Positions 11,700 to 25,560 of a stretch of 64,000 nucleotides of DNA are shown here, piece after piece (position 1 is the first letter of the stretch; every line of letters begins with the position of its first letter). The notes under the pieces are model-generated. The model made no database searches, had not been told where the DNA came from, and saw nothing but the letters and a program-made list of their open reading frames with translations. Origin of the DNA: Camelus dromedarius (taxonomy: Eukaryota); assembly GCF_036321535.1 (NCBI RefSeq), contig NC_087436.1, positions 81,718,001 to 81,782,000 of the forward strand, in the 5' to 3' direction. Position numbers and translations under genes: made by a program.

Positions 11700-13150
11700 C
11701 TTCTCAGCTCTTCCTCCTAAGATGATTTTGCAGCTTCTCAAAGTAAATCTTCTAGCATTTCCTCTAATGAACACCTATTCTACAATTGTTCTTGAGAGAG
11801 TTTTACATGGCAGAGAATTCGAGATGAACTATAATTTTATCTCAGCTATTTAAAAGTTTTATTACAATGTCTTCTGGCTCCTACTGTTGCTATGAAGAAA
11901 TTAACTAAGTCATCATCATGCAGCTTCTAAGATCTTCACTTGTCTTTGAGGCTTGGCAGTTGCACTAGGATAGATCTCAGTGTGGATTTACTTTTAAAGA
12001 TTCTTCTAGGGATTCAGTGAGCCTCTAGAATTTGAGTTTCACACCCTTCATCATTTTTGTATAATCTTCACTATTATTTCTTTAAAATATTGCCTCATCT
12101 TCATTTTCTGTAGTCTCTGACACTGCAGTTAGATATACATTATGCCCTCTTACTCGGTCTTACACGTATCATGTACCTCTCTTTCATACTTTCCAATTTT
12201 ACACCTCTCTTCTTCAGGGCATGTTACAGGTCACTATTTCCTTCCTTATCATGTCAAATCTGCTGTGTAAACAGTCCTTCAGGCTTCTCACAAATAATTA
12301 TATGTATCATTTCCAGAAGCTCTTCTTGTTCTTTTTTAAAAATCTAATTGGTTCTTTTTGTCAGATTATTGTCTCCTATGGTATTTATGATAATATCCTG
12401 CATCTTCTTTAAAAATATTAAATATTCATACTTACATTTGGCATCTGATAAATTCCAATATTCAGCCTTTGTTGGTCTGATTATGTAGTTTGACATTTTT
12501 ACTGGCTCTTGCTCATGGTTCTGCATGTATTTGATGATTTTTATTGTCAGCTCATATGCATAGGAATTTTCCCTGAGGGACTGCATTGAGGCCTGGGTTT
12601 ATAATGAATGTCTTCAGAGAGATTTGCCTTTGATTTTGCTTGGGGCATAAAAACACTCGAAGCCGGAGAGTACTTTAGTTTTTAGCCAAAGGTTTTTCAA
12701 TCCATAAATAGTATGGATTTGGGAAAATTTTTAAAAAACATGTTAGGGCAGGCCTCATGGAGACGTCTCAAGAGACATATTTTCCCCTGCTTTTCCCAGA
12801 GCCATGGTAGAGATAGACAAGAATCCCTACATCACCCTCCAGAAGGCCGGGGTTTTTCTGGTCCACCCACTGGTCCACCACTGAGGATGTGGAGGATCTA
12901 GCTTTATGGCCCAATCTTCCACCTTGCACAAGTCCCAAGACTAGTCTCCCATAACCCTTTCACAGCTCATTAAAGTGACTCTGACTGTCTCTTGCCCTCT
13001 GATGCATGCCTTCTTGTCATTTCTCCCATAATTTCCCTTATTTTCTTGATGACTCATCTAAATAACAATTTTCAAAATTTTTTTCCAGGACTTAGAGATG
13101 TTCTTTACAAGAAGAGTTACTCAAGACATCTGGTGCACCATATCATCAGA
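11700..13150 (-). mobile_element. Ancient L1 (L1ME/HAL1-type) ORF1/5' region
   Basis: T-rich antisense ORF1-like text (tcttctggctcctactgttgctatgaagaa; tctcagtgtggatttacttt; gcatctgataaattccaatatt). Confidence 0.6.
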
Positions 13151-14879
13151 AATAGAAGTCCCTGAATCTATAAATAATGATATATCTGGCACTTTTGCAC
13201 AATATCAGACAGTGCTGAAGAAACTGTTCTCACTGAACTAAAATACCATCAACCAGACACCCTCCTTTTCTATTTTTGAATGGGGATGGCCTTCCTTCTG
13301 AACATGGTAGAACACAGTATGGAGGAGATGACAGATCGATAGATAAACACTTTCCTCATTTTTTTCACTAACAATTATAACTTGTCTCTCTGCCATGAAA
13401 AAGAGAAAAAGTATTATGTTTTCTCAAAAACAGAAATGGCATGTTTATCAGAGTCCTTCCACAATATAAAGCTAAAGAATTATTCTCAACAATATTTCAT
13501 AACTTATTTTTCAATAAATTCTCTTCACAAAAGTTTTCTTCTTGCAGAAGGAGTATTAATAGTAACCAGGATGCAGCCCAGTACTACTATGTATGTACCA
13601 AACGATAAGGAAATGGCTGGGCATCATTCTTATCTCCAAATAGACTGTGGCTTCTTTTTCACTTGTCAGGATGCAAATTGAACCATCTCACTGCATTGAT
13701 TCTATACATTAAAAAGTATTTATCAAGGCTTTTTATTTTGGGTTTTTGTTTTTGTTTTTGTTTTAGCTTTAGAGGACTTCCAAGAAGGGAACTACTATAT
13801 GTGAATAATATTACGATTCAACAAGAATAAAAAACTCTTTTGTATGTTACCAGTATTTTTTTTTTTTGGAGGATTATCTGGGCCTGCCACTTGCTTTCTC
13901 ACAGCACAATTGAACACATAATTACTATGTAAATTTGGATTTCCACATGCTTCCAGAGGAACAGAGACCATTTGGTATTAGAGATTTTAAAACATTAATC
14001 ACTTGGAATATGGTACAGTTGACTTAATCTGTAAAATGAAGATAATTCTTATCTGCCTTGCATGGTCTAGTATTATAATTAATTACTTAATTTTTGGTAA
14101 ATAATTTGAACATGAAAAGCATTATGTAAACAAAAGTAAGTACTGAGATTAAAACAGAAATTACAGAGCCATTCTGTAAAGAAGCACAGAGATATCTTTT
14201 CTGCTTATTATTCTGTTATTATTATTAGTATTATCATGTTTATTATTAGATCATCATCTAATAATTTCTAGGTTAAAAAGTGTAAGACAAAAAATAGATC
14301 TTTTTTCTTCAAGACCTGATACTTACATGGGTGTTTTCCTCTCTTCACAAAAGTAGCATTGAGCATGTCATTACCATTAAAATCTATAATTCCCTAAAAC
14401 AAAACAAAACAAAAAGATGTAATTCCCTAATACAGTGATGTTAACCTGTTTAATAAAACATTGTTATTATGGCTCAGACCACTGAAATTTTGGGGAGGAT
14501 TGGGAGAGTATTGAGAAGAAATAGTAACTCTCTTCTAAGAATTATTTGCTTAAAATAAAATAATAGAAAAAAGTCAGATATAATTTTAAAATCAATTCCC
14601 TAAACCAACAGAGGAAAAAATGCATTCTATTTTGATTAAGGAATTACAGATGCCCTACTATGTACCCATGCGGATCCCTAGTCATATAAAGAATACTCAA
14701 GAAATAATTATTGATTGAAAATCCAACACTGCAGGAAGAGAGGGAAGAATAGAACAAGACTAAAACTAATCTCTGTTATTAAATACTTTAATGACTCCTC
14801 ATTTTCCATGGCATAAAATGTAAATGTATCAGCATAGTACTAAAAATCTTCATTTTTCTACTGCCTAATTCTCAAAACT

Positions 14880-15560
14880 CAATCATTCTTTCCTTCAATC
14901 AATAGTTTTTAAACAATTATTTACTGAACATCTACTCAGTGCCAGACCCTTTGTAAAGTGCTGGGAATACAAAAAGAGGGCCAAGGAGAGAGACAGAACT
15001 CCTGACAGCACAGGGATTAGAATCTTGCAGGAGATACAAACAGTTGACTAAACAAATGGTTAATTATGTATACTCTGTAGCTGGCTGAGGGACTACAAAG
15101 GTTATTACAGGATGCAGCAAAGGTATATAACAGAGACCCAATCTGAGAGGTAGAAAAATTGCCCCTACAGAAGTGCCATTTGAGATAAGCTCTGAAGAAC
15201 AAGCAATTACCCAGGCAAAGTTGCAGGGACATGAAGAGGGACAGGTGGGTGACAGTACCTGTGAAGGCTCTGAAGGCAACGAGGCCTGACACATTAGAGG
15301 AAAAGAAAGGAAGTGGCTAGAGATAGGGCTACAGGAGTAGGTGAGAGCCCAGATTACAGAAGACTTATAAACCAACTTGGCGCCTCATCTTAAGAGCATC
15401 AAGAAACCACTGAAGTATCTGAAACCTTGGGTGTGACATATTCACATGTGCCCTTCTTAAAAATCATTCTGGCTGTTGTATGAATAAAAAACTGACAAGG
15501 ATGAGAATGAAAGCCAGGTTATTACCATTAGAAGGTTATTACAATGGCTTAGGATAGGAA
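14880..15560 (-). mobile_element. L2 LINE
   Basis: attatttactgaacatctactcagtgccag...gtgctgggaatacaa...gaaaccactgaag...atcattctggctg. Confidence 0.8.
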
Positions 15561-17639
15561 ATATGATAGGAAATAAAGAAAACAAAGGAGGAATGAAAGG
15601 AGGGAGTGTGAAAGGAAAGGAGGAAGGAAAGAGAAAAAAAGTAAAAAAAGTTCTTAACTTCAAATGTCAAATAACAATCAAGAAAAAGTATTTTCTATCA
15701 TATTAGGAAAAGAACTAATTCCAACCATCTATAGAGAACTTCTATAAATCAACAAAAGACTAACAACTAATTTTTTTAAATGAGCAAACAATGAACAGCT
15801 TACAGAAAAGGAAATACAAACATAAAAATGATGTAAAAACATGCTCATAACTAGAGAATTATAAGTCTAAAAATAACATTTTGAGATATTTTTCACCTAT
15901 AGTGTTAATAACATCAGGGCCCAAGAAACTGCCAGTTTGGGAGTTAAAGAAATTTCGATGACAAAATAAGTTAAATAGGGGTTTTACTCAAAATGTTATA
16001 TACTGTTAATGGAAATTCACATTCCATTTTGGCATAAAAGACATTTAAAAACCCTCTGTAAAGAAATTATGTTTAATTTGGCTTAACCCAGTACTGCAGG
16101 CTGAATCTTCAGAGAGCAAACTCTAAGTAGAGATTTGTATGTCTAAGAAGCTGACTGGGGACTGGTCGCCTTCCGAGAGCTGGAGCTGGTAACAGGAGGT
16201 GCCGTTACAGAGCTGCTCTCACTCTCGCAGCAGGGATGATAAGCTCCCAGAAGAGTCAGTCTAAGGGTGGCACTTAACCCTCAGATGCCAGAAAAGCATA
16301 ATTACCATGACGAGCAGCAAGGACAAGATGGCCTGACTCACAGGGATCAATGGAGTCAGCAAATAAAACATAGGGTTCCTAGGAGGAAATAAACAGACAG
16401 ACAATAAGGATAACCTCTAATTTATGTAATCAAAGGAGATCATGAGTGGATGAGCAGAAAGCTGAAGTCAGACCTCCAATAGGAAAGTCATGACCCTTTG
16501 TCCAATTTCCAGTTCAGAACCAATTCCCAGACCTAGAACTCATTCACTTAAGTAGAGGCTGGGACTACATTAGGAAGGATTGTAAAAGACTACAGAAAAT
16601 GTATATAGCAGTAATTTCCCAATCTTACCCCCAAAGGACTACAGTAGTTCACTCAGTTAATGATATCCTGGGGAAAGAGAATTCCCAGATCTTTTGAGGG
16701 CTGTTGTACACAGGGTCTGAGTTGATGCTGATTATCTGGTGTCATTATGGAAATGAGATAGTAAATGGAGTCCTGGCCAAATCTGTCTCATGTCTCATGA
16801 TTTTCACTCACATGAGATGGACAAAAATATTAATTCATTGTCTTGACCTAGGGCTATAAACCTCCTGCTGCCTGTTATAATAAAGGCACCTGGACCATCT
16901 GGACATTCTATAGAGCGTCTCATAAACTTACTATAATGATGATATCATACAGATCAGACCTGATTAGCAAGAAGCGGCAAGTATTCTGAGTGCCACAGTG
17001 AAATTAGTGTGTTCCAGAGGGTAGGAGATAAACCTTGCAAAGATTTAAGGGCCTATCTCATCAGTAAAACATTTAAGGGTCCAGTGACCCAGGTCACGCT
17101 CAACGATCCTCTTCAAATTAAAGAGCAAGTTATTCACCTTGCACATCTGAAAAAGAAGCACAGCACTGGGTAGGCCAATTTGGGATTTTAGCACAGCGTG
17201 TTCTGTTTGGAATATAACACCAACCCATTTATTGAGTGATGAGAAAGACTGCTAGATTGGAATTGGTCTCAGAGCAAAAACTAAGAAGGTCTTTACAGAA
17301 GGTCCAAGCTGTGTAAAAGCAGCCCTTCAGCTTGGGACAGATAACCTAGCAGATCTCATAGGAGAGGTACCTGCTAAAGAAAGACACCAAATAGAATTTC
17401 TGACAAGCCCTCATAGGGGAACTGCAGCACAGAGCCTTAGGCTTCTAGAATAAGAGCATGTCATCTGTAGCAGAGAATTAGGCACTGTTTACAAACAGCT
17501 TCTGGCATGTTCCTGGGCTCCAGTGAAGACTGAGTATCTGATCACAGGACACACAGTTGCAACTGCAGATGACGATCTGGATACGATCAGACCTATCCCA
17601 TTGAGTCATAAGGTTAGGCTGGCTGAGACAGATACGGAG

Positions 17640-18022
17640 CTCAGAGGAAGACTCGCCAACCAACAGTAAAAGTACAGACAACTTCCAGCACTCAGCTCCT
17701 TAAGGGTCCGCCTCAGCAGCAGAGAGACACTTAACCCCAGGTTATACCTTTCCCAGTGCCCACATCAAGTGACTGAGAGAGACAAGGAAGCCAAGGCCTG
17801 GCTCTTCCAGCCTATTGCAAGACACTCCAACAGTCACCAGTTGCTGCAGAGCTCCCAATCAGGTCGTCCAATGCCTTGGTGGACCTGGATGAAATTTGAC
17901 TTCTTCTTGTGCCCAGTCTTGCCTCCTTCTACTTCCTTTCACAACTTTAAAATTGATTCTTTAAAAACATCTTGTACCTCAAATTTTTCCTAGAGTCTGC
18001 TTCCAGAGAACCAACTCTGAAA
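17640..18022 (+). mobile_element. LTR16-like LTR inside the ERVL internal region
   Basis: Ends agagtctgcttccagagaaccaactctgaaa, similar to the LTR16 terminus and to 20890-20929. Confidence 0.6.
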
Positions 18023-18496
18023 ATACATATAAAATGGAAGTGATGTAGCTATCAGGTTCAGAGGGCACAAGAAAGTTGCACAAACACGTGGTACAGATTT
18101 CCATGTCATTCACCACTGTGGTACCAAGGCCTCACCCTCAGCTCACATCTGGGACCAAATTATGGCTTGAGTGGAGGTGGCTTTCCCCATGACCAGCTGG
18201 CGAAGAACAAAAACTAAACTTAGTTCACAGACAGGTCAGTTCAGTATGTTGGTACAAGCTGATAAAGGTCAGTTGGTGGTCTACAGCACCACTCAAGTTG
18301 ACTCTAAAAGAGAGTAGTGAGAGGAAACCCCTCCAACAGGGAGAGATCTGGGCAGTGCATCTAGCCATCCATTTTGCATGGAGAGAGAAGTGTCCAAGGG
18401 AAGAATACATACAGTTTCTGTGAGGCAAACTGCTTAGCTGGTTGATCAGAGACCTGAAAGTAGCAATATTGGTAAATCATGGATGAGAATATCTGG

Positions 18497-19016
18497 AGAA
18501 TGGCTGGATAAAGAAGCTGTGGTATATGAATACAATGGAATATTACTTAGCCATAAAAAAGAATAAAATAATGCCACTTGCAGCAGCATGGATGCACTTG
18601 GAGATTGTCATTCTAAGTGAAGTAAGCCAGAAAGAGAAGGACAAATACCATATGATGTCATTTATATGTGAAATCTAAAAAAAAAGGACACAAATGAACT
18701 TAGTTACAAAACAGAGTCAGACTCAGAAACTCAAATATAGAAAACAAATTTATGGTTACCAAAGAGGAAAGGGGATGAGAAGAGATAAATTGGGAGCTCA
18801 AGATTTGCCAATACTAACTACTATATACAAAATAGATAAACAACAAGATTCTACTGCATAGCAGAGGGAACTATATTCAATACCTTATAGTAATCTATAA
18901 TGAAAAAGAATATGAAAATGCATATATGTATGTATATTTATGACTGAAACATTATGCTGTACACCTGAAACTGACACAACATTATAAACTGACTACACCT
19001 CAGTTTTGAAAAAAAA
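18497..19016 (+). mobile_element. 5'-truncated L1 (ORF2 end plus 3' UTR) inserted in ERVL
   Basis: ggataaagaagctgtggtata...A tail; degenerate TSD atgagaatatctgg / atgagtatctgg. Confidence 0.9.
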
Positions 19017-20473
19017 TGAGTATCTGGGAAAGAGGCATGTAGAAGGACTTATGGGACTCGGCACAAAGATCTCTATTCCACATCAATACCCACTAGAGTG
19101 TATCTACTGCAGAAATGCTCAGAAATGAAGTGGATAGGATGACTCTGCTGCTAGGATGTCACCTAGCTTCTGTAGTTGGCCAAATCAGTGCTGGCACCAT
19201 GGGTACATGAACAGAGAGGACACAGTGGCAAAGAATAAGGCTATTCATTCATGACCCCAACAGCACAGGCTCCCAAGGCTGTTCAAGCTACCATCACTGT
19301 GGACTACTCAACATGTTAGCAACAGAGACAGATGCCAAGCTTCCAATACAGAACCATCCCTCACAGACACCAGTCAACCTAGTGATGTGAAACTGATTGT
19401 ATCAGGTCCCTTCCTCCTATAAAAGGGCAATGATTTATTTCAATCAGAACTGACAAGTACTCCTGTTATGAGTTGAGATCCCTCATAACATTGCCTCAAG
19501 TCAATGGACACAATTTATGGCAAAGGAGGTTTAGTAGTGAGACCATGATAATAAAATCCACTGGTCTAACACATACCATACCATCCAAAGCTGCTGAGCT
19601 GATAGAATAGTGGAATCACTTCTTGAAGATGCAGCTAAGGGCCAGTTTGAAGAAGACGCCCTGTGAGGACAGAACACTGGCCTTCAGGATACAGTATACT
19701 CACTGAACCAATACCCTTTATTTGGTGCTGTATCTCCAAAATGTAGAATATATGGGAACAAAGGAGTACAAACAGGAGTTTTCCTGCTTACAGTCACTCC
19801 AATAACCCCCTCGAGGAATGTCTGTTCCTATCCTTGAATCTTTAGGCTCTGTGGGAATAGACATCCTGACTCTCAGTAGGTACTCGCTCCCACCAGGGGA
19901 TACATTAAGAGTCCCACTGAACTTCAAGCTATAGTGGCTGCCTGGTCACTGTGCTCCTTGTTCCAGCAGACTAGCAAAGAGAAGTTAATATACTGGCAGA
20001 GATGATAACCCTGGTCATCATGAGGCTAAGCGACTATTGCTACATAGTGGGGACACACAGAATATGACTGACACTCAGATAATCTGCAGGACATCTCTTA
20101 GTATTCCTATGCCAGTTTCAACACTAAGTGAGTTAATTTAGGAACACTGGTCTGATGAAGACAAAATAATCAGGGGCTTAAACTTTTCAGGACTGAGAGT
20201 CTTGATCACTCCAGCAGGCAGGCCACCTTAAACTGGAGAAGTGCTAACCAGCAGGGACAGAAAATAGAATGGAAGGTAAAAGCAGAAGATAATGAGTATC
20301 AGATATGATCTTAGGATTGACTGTAACAACAGAGGCTGTAGTTTTTCCTACTCATCCTTCTCTTGCAGGTTTTCCAAAACTTGTAACCAGTCAGAATCTT
20401 GGGGAAGCAACACTTGGACAGAGTAAGCCTGAATGTGAGAAACAAGTGGATTTCATCAGTGCAAGAGGAGGAC

Positions 20474-20929
20474 TATATCAGACACCGCTGATGCCCCATC
20501 CAGATCCCTTTACTCTATTGGTGCCCCCATCCCTCAGCTGGTGTAATTGCTGTTCCTGGGTCACATTTGCTCCTTTTCCTTGAGAACTTCCCTTTGGCAA
20601 CAGGAGCTTTATCCTTTCTAGAACGTTAGGTACCCCAGAAATCACAGCTGCAGCCAGACCTCAACTAGTAACTGCCTGATACAGGAATACAAAAGGCTGG
20701 ACTCCTTTACTCAAAGTAGGACTAGCCTTTTGATGCAATTAATATTCCAGAACTCCCCATAGGATTAGGTTGAAGCTAGGCTTTATCTGAGAGCACATTC
20801 TGGCTTAGTTTTTCCCTTCTCCTATCCTGATTCCTTCACCACCTTTCTTCCAAGAGCATTCTTACAATAAATCACTTGTGTAAGAATCCCCATCTCAAGT
20901 TCTGCTTCTAGGGAACCCAAACCAAGTCA
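20474..20929 (+). mobile_element. LTR16-family 3' LTR of the ERVL provirus
   Basis: Follows purine tract gcaagaggaggac; AATAAA ~20867; ends ctgcttctagggaacccaaaccaagtCA. Confidence 0.8.
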
Positions 20930-21033
20930 CTGTGCCTCAGTTTCCTCACCCATACCTACTACTATTATCCCTTTGTTACAGAGAAGGAAATTGAGGTGTA
21001 ATCATACAATGCTTTTAAAAAATGCTTAGAATA

Positions 21034-21574
21034 CATTACTTACAATAGCCAAGACATGGAAACATCCTAAATGTCCATCAACAGATGACTGGATAAAGAA
21101 GAGGTGGTATATTTATACAATGGAATACTACTCAGCCATAAAAACCAACAACATAATGCCATTTGCAGCAACATGGATGCTCCTGGAGAATGTCATTCTA
21201 AGTGAAGTAAGCCAGAAAGAGAAAGAAAAATACCATATGAGATCATTCATATGTGGAATCTAAAAAACAAACAAACAAATAAACAAAGCATAAATACAAA
21301 ACAGAAATAGACTCACAGACATAGAATACAAACTTGTGGTTGCCAAGGGGGCAGGGGGTGGGAAGAGAGAGACTGGGATTTCACAATGGTAGAATCGATA
21401 AACAAGATTATACTGTATAGCACAGGGAAATATATACAAGATCTTATGGTAGCTCACAGAGAAAAAAATGTGACAATGAATATATATATGTTCATATATA
21501 ACTGAAAAATTGTGCTCTAGACTGGAATTTGACACAACATTGTAAAATGATTATAAATCAATAAAAAATGTTTG
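21034..21574 (+). mobile_element. Young 5'-truncated L1 inserted in a MIR
   Basis: 16-bp TSD aaaaatgcttagaata (21018-21033) / aaaaatgcttacaata (21575-21590); ORF2 C-terminus and 3' UTR; MIR halves at 20930-21017 and 21591-21625. Confidence 0.92.
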
Positions 21575-22122
21575 AAAAATGCTTACAATATGTCTGACAC
21601 ATTACTCAATAAGTGTTAGCTATTACTAATATTACACTCTGCAAACTTTTTGAAAAAACAATCTGCACTTGCAAAATTTAGTTTGCTGCATTATGACTAA
21701 TTAGAGTTATAATCCCCTATCACGCTCAAAGAAAAGAAATTATCTATCTTATTGTTTTCTCATTGAGAGAGATTCAAATATTGATCATCCACAGGTCTTC
21801 TACATTATGCAATACAGACCTATCTCCAAGTATTAGCTGTGATATTTGTGTCCCATTTATCTAACATTTATTTATATGTAAGGGGCCCAAACTAATCAAA
21901 GGCAAAGATTCCTTCTGATTCACAAACTTTCAACAAACTCAATTTTGTCTCAAATAGTGGTGGTTTAGGTATATATATAATCTGGAAATGAGATAAATAT
22001 ACAGTGAGAACAAAAATAAGCCAAAAAAATTTTTTTAATGTTGTCTACCTAATCCTAAGAAATAAATCTCAGTATTTAAAAATAGTTATCTTAGAAATTG
22101 TACTTCAAAATTAAATTTTTTT

Positions 22123-22251
22123 GCTTTTTGGGGGGTGTTAATTAGGTTTATTTATGTATTTACTTATTCTTTTAATGGAGGTACTGGAGATTGAACCCAG
22201 GACCTCATACATCCTAAGCATGCATTCTAACACTGAGCTATATCCTCTCCT
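22123..22251 (-). mobile_element. Camelid tRNA-derived SINE (Vic-1-like)
   Basis: Reverse complement ggagaggatatagctcagtgttagaatgcatgcttaggatg..ggtcctgggttcaatctccagtacctcc; A/B boxes; homologous to 46377 and 52441 copies. Confidence 0.88.
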
Positions 22252-22289
22252 GAAAACTAAATATTTTTCCTTCACTCATGACAAATCTA

Positions 22290-23190
22290 TCATTTATCCA
22301 ACCTGTGTAATAAACTACTTCAAATCAGAGTAACTTAAAATAACACCCAACTTTTTTTTTGTTTATGATTTAGTGGACCAACAGTTTGTGCTGGGTTGAG
22401 ATAGGTGGTTCTTCTGCTGGTCTCAAATGGAATTACTCTATGGCTACAGGAATAGGTAGGCTCGACTGGTGTCAGTTTATTTGGGTTGCTATACCAAAAT
22501 ATCATAGGCTGGGTGAGTTGAACAACATGTGTTTCTCATAGTTCTGGAGGCTGGAAGTCTAAGAACGGGACACCTGCAGATGTGGTGTCTGGTGAGAGCT
22601 TGCTTCCCCATTCCTGGATGAGCTATCCTCTCACTGTGTACTCACACAGCAGAAGAGGCAAAGGATCTCTCTGGAGCCTCTTTAAAAGGGCACCAATCTC
22701 ATTCATGAGGGTTCCACCCTCATGACCTAATATCCTCCTAAAGGCCCCACCTCCAAATACCATTATATTGAGTATTAGGATTTAACATATGAATTTGGTG
22801 GGGGACACAAAATTGAGTCTACAACAACTGGGCTGGGTGGGCTAATGTGGCTTTTCTCATGTCTGGTGATTGGTATGGACTACTGGGTCTCTATACCTGG
22901 TCTCTCATTCTCAAAAAGCCTTCACATGTTAGTCAAAGAGTTTCAAAAAGATAAGAATGAAAGCTCACAGCTTCTTGTTGCCAGAGCACAGAAGACCACA
23001 GCATCACTTCACCTTTCATTAGGCAAAGCTTAAAAGCCAGCCCAGACTCCAGCAGGAGTTGGAAAGATTAGGAGAATGGACTATATCTCTTAGAAGAAAT
23101 GGCAAGCCCTATTACAGCGGGGAAAGAAGACTGTTCAGCTATCTTTGCAAGAAGGTAGGGGAAGAATCTGATCAGTATCTTTGCAAACAA
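22290..23190 (-). mobile_element. Old MLT1 (J/K-like) LTR split by an MLT1A-like LTR
   Basis: tgtgtaataaactacttcaaatcagagtaacttaaaataac...; cagcatcacttcacc..ttcattaggcaaagc. Confidence 0.6.
22470..22826 (-). mobile_element. MaLR solo LTR, MLT1A-like
   Basis: TG...CA termini; perfect 5-bp TSD ACTGG (22465-22469 / 22827-22831); ctcatagttctggaggctggaagtctaag. Confidence 0.9.
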
Positions 23191-23424
23191 CCATTCACCA
23201 TAGGCTCTACGCAGCTATTTTACACATATTCACTATGTTATTTATCCTCATAATAATGGTGTAGGGAAAAGGTTTTCAGTCCTGCCTCACAAATGCAGAA
23301 ATTCTGGATCAGGTTTGGGTTCTTACATTTGTTTCTGGGTTATTTTATTAGACTCTCCTCTAGCCTACCCATATGTTACAATAAAATTTACCATTTTTTA
23401 CATGAATCACTTTAAAAGTAGAAA

Positions 23425-23650
23425 TAGACTAATAAGATACTAACTACTATATATAAAATAGATAAACAACAAGGTCCTACTGTATAGCACAGTGGAACGA
23501 TACTCAATACCTTGTAGTAACTTATGGTGAAAAAGAATATGAAAATAAATATATGTATGTTCATGTATGACTGAAGCATTGTGCTGGACACCAGAAATTG
23601 ACACAACATTGTAAACTGCCTATACTTCAATAAATATATGTATATATATT
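23425..23650 (+). mobile_element. L1 3' UTR fragment
   Basis: Homologous to 3090-3290. Confidence 0.88.
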
Positions 23651-24764
23651 TTTTTAAAGATGGAATCTTGGTGTCATCTAAATTAGTGCTTTTCCAATTG
23701 AAGTTCATGACATATTAATGAGCAATGAAATCAATTTAGGGAGCTACTACTAGTATTTCTTAAATAGAGTAGAAACTATCTGTAATGCCAGCTCTGTACC
23801 CACAGGCTATGACTAGAGCACAGATATTTAATAATGTAGTCCCACCAGCTCCTGTCAACCAGAAAAGCCTAGCTCTTCGCTAGTTCCTTTTGCTCCATCT
23901 GTTAGATTAGCTACAGAGATTCAATGCTTATTGGATTACATCTTTCTAAAGCCCAATTTTTGGGGTCAGGTCCTGATAATTATTGGCTTATTTGGTTAAT
24001 AGTATCTATTTGACTATAATTTTACTTACTAAGCTGAGCCAAATTCAACTAGTATTAGAAACAAAGTCTTCTTAAAGTCAGCACAACATTACCTAAGAGT
24101 GATGTGATTTTACATCACATCAGAGTCAGTATCTAATACCAAACTTAGTGACAAGATTTAAACCAAATTTTTGTCCTAAGGGAGATAAAATATCTTGCTT
24201 AAAATTTCTGTACAGAAGCTAAAATCAACTTTCCTTTTTCTTTACCTTTCAAGATGAAATAATCTCTTGGAAAACTTGAAGAAATGTCCTATTCAAGTAA
24301 GGAGCTGGGGAGTTCATTAGTCTCTTCTATCATCTAAAGAGAGACAGACACAGAATTACAGCATTCTTCCCTGGAGTTTGCACTTTTGGCAATCTCAGTC
24401 ACTTTGAGCAAAATCAGATCTTGGATATAAGTATAAAAGGCCCTGACATGGCCTAGATGGCCAAAATAAAAGTCGCAAAGTCTGGGTGCTCAAATGCTTT
24501 CAGTTTTATTAAAATAGTTTTTACCCATTATACAATTTTATTGATTTTTCCAATCATAGCACACTTAGGGCATAAAATTACTAAGAGAAGTTGCAGTTAG
24601 AAATAAGCATAGTGAGAGCAATAGAAATGGTAGCTAACAATCCACTGAGTCGAGAGATTGGAAAACTATGAAAACTCTGATAAGAGGACACCAAAAGCAT
24701 AGCAGTGTATTGTCATTTAGCATAAGCACTGATGAAGCCATTTCTGATGTTATGTTGAATTGTC

Positions 24765-25560
24765 CTTTCCTTAAAATTTCATTTTCCAACAGTTTTGTTC
24801 CTGATACGTAGAAATAAAATTTAGTTTTATAAACTGACTTTGTATCTAACAACCTAGCTAAATTCACTTATTAATTCTAAAATTTATCTGTAGTCTTCTG
24901 GGTTTCTTATGCATCCAGTCATGACATCTGTGCATAATGACTATTTTATTTCTTTCTTCCCAATACTTACACCATTTTTTTCCTGCCTTATTCTCTGACT
25001 AGACCTTCACACTAAAAAAGTTAAGTAAAAATGATAATAGAGAACATCTCCTTGTCTCCTTCTTTATGTCAGGGGGAAAGCTTTCAATATCTCACCATTA
25101 CAAATGGTGTTTGCCACAATCTTCATATATATATATATTAACATATGAATTTGGTGGGGGACACAAAATTTAGTCTACAACAACTAGGCCACACACATAT
25201 ATATTCTTCATAATATATATTCTTTATTAAATTAGTGAAGTTCCCCTCACTTCAGTTTGCCAAGAGTTTTTTTAAACCATGGTTGGGTGTTAAATATTAT
25301 CAAATGCTTTTTCCCTTCTACTTAGACAATTATGTGACTTTTCTCTTTTATTCTGATATCGTGGAGAAACACATCAATTGATATTTCAGATACTAAACTC
25401 CCTTTGCATTTCAGGAATAAATCAAGGTAAATTGTGATGTATTATCTTTTTTTAGATTCCTAGATTCTGTTTGCTAGTTTATCTAAGATTTTTTGCATCT
25501 TTGTCTATGAGAGAAATTGGCCTGTAATTTTCCTTTACTGTTATGTCCTTGTCAATTTTA
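24765..25560 (-). mobile_element. Ancient L1 ORF2 fragment
   Basis: Track ORF 24634..24867 begins MNLARLLDTKSVYK (shifted L1 RT-region text); gggggaaagctttcaatatctcaccatt. Confidence 0.8.

Larger units (their letters stand above)
16200..20473 (+). mobile_element. Decayed ERVL internal region (ERV3-16A3-like gag/pro/pol remnants)
   Basis: Protease-like gggctgttgtacacagggtctgagttgatgctgatt (GLLYTGSELMLI, cf. LLDTG) ~16698; RT-like tataatgatgatatc (YNDDI) ~16933; integrase-like remnants ~19.4-19.7 kb; purine tract before the 3' LTR; many stops and frameshifts. Confidence 0.8.
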
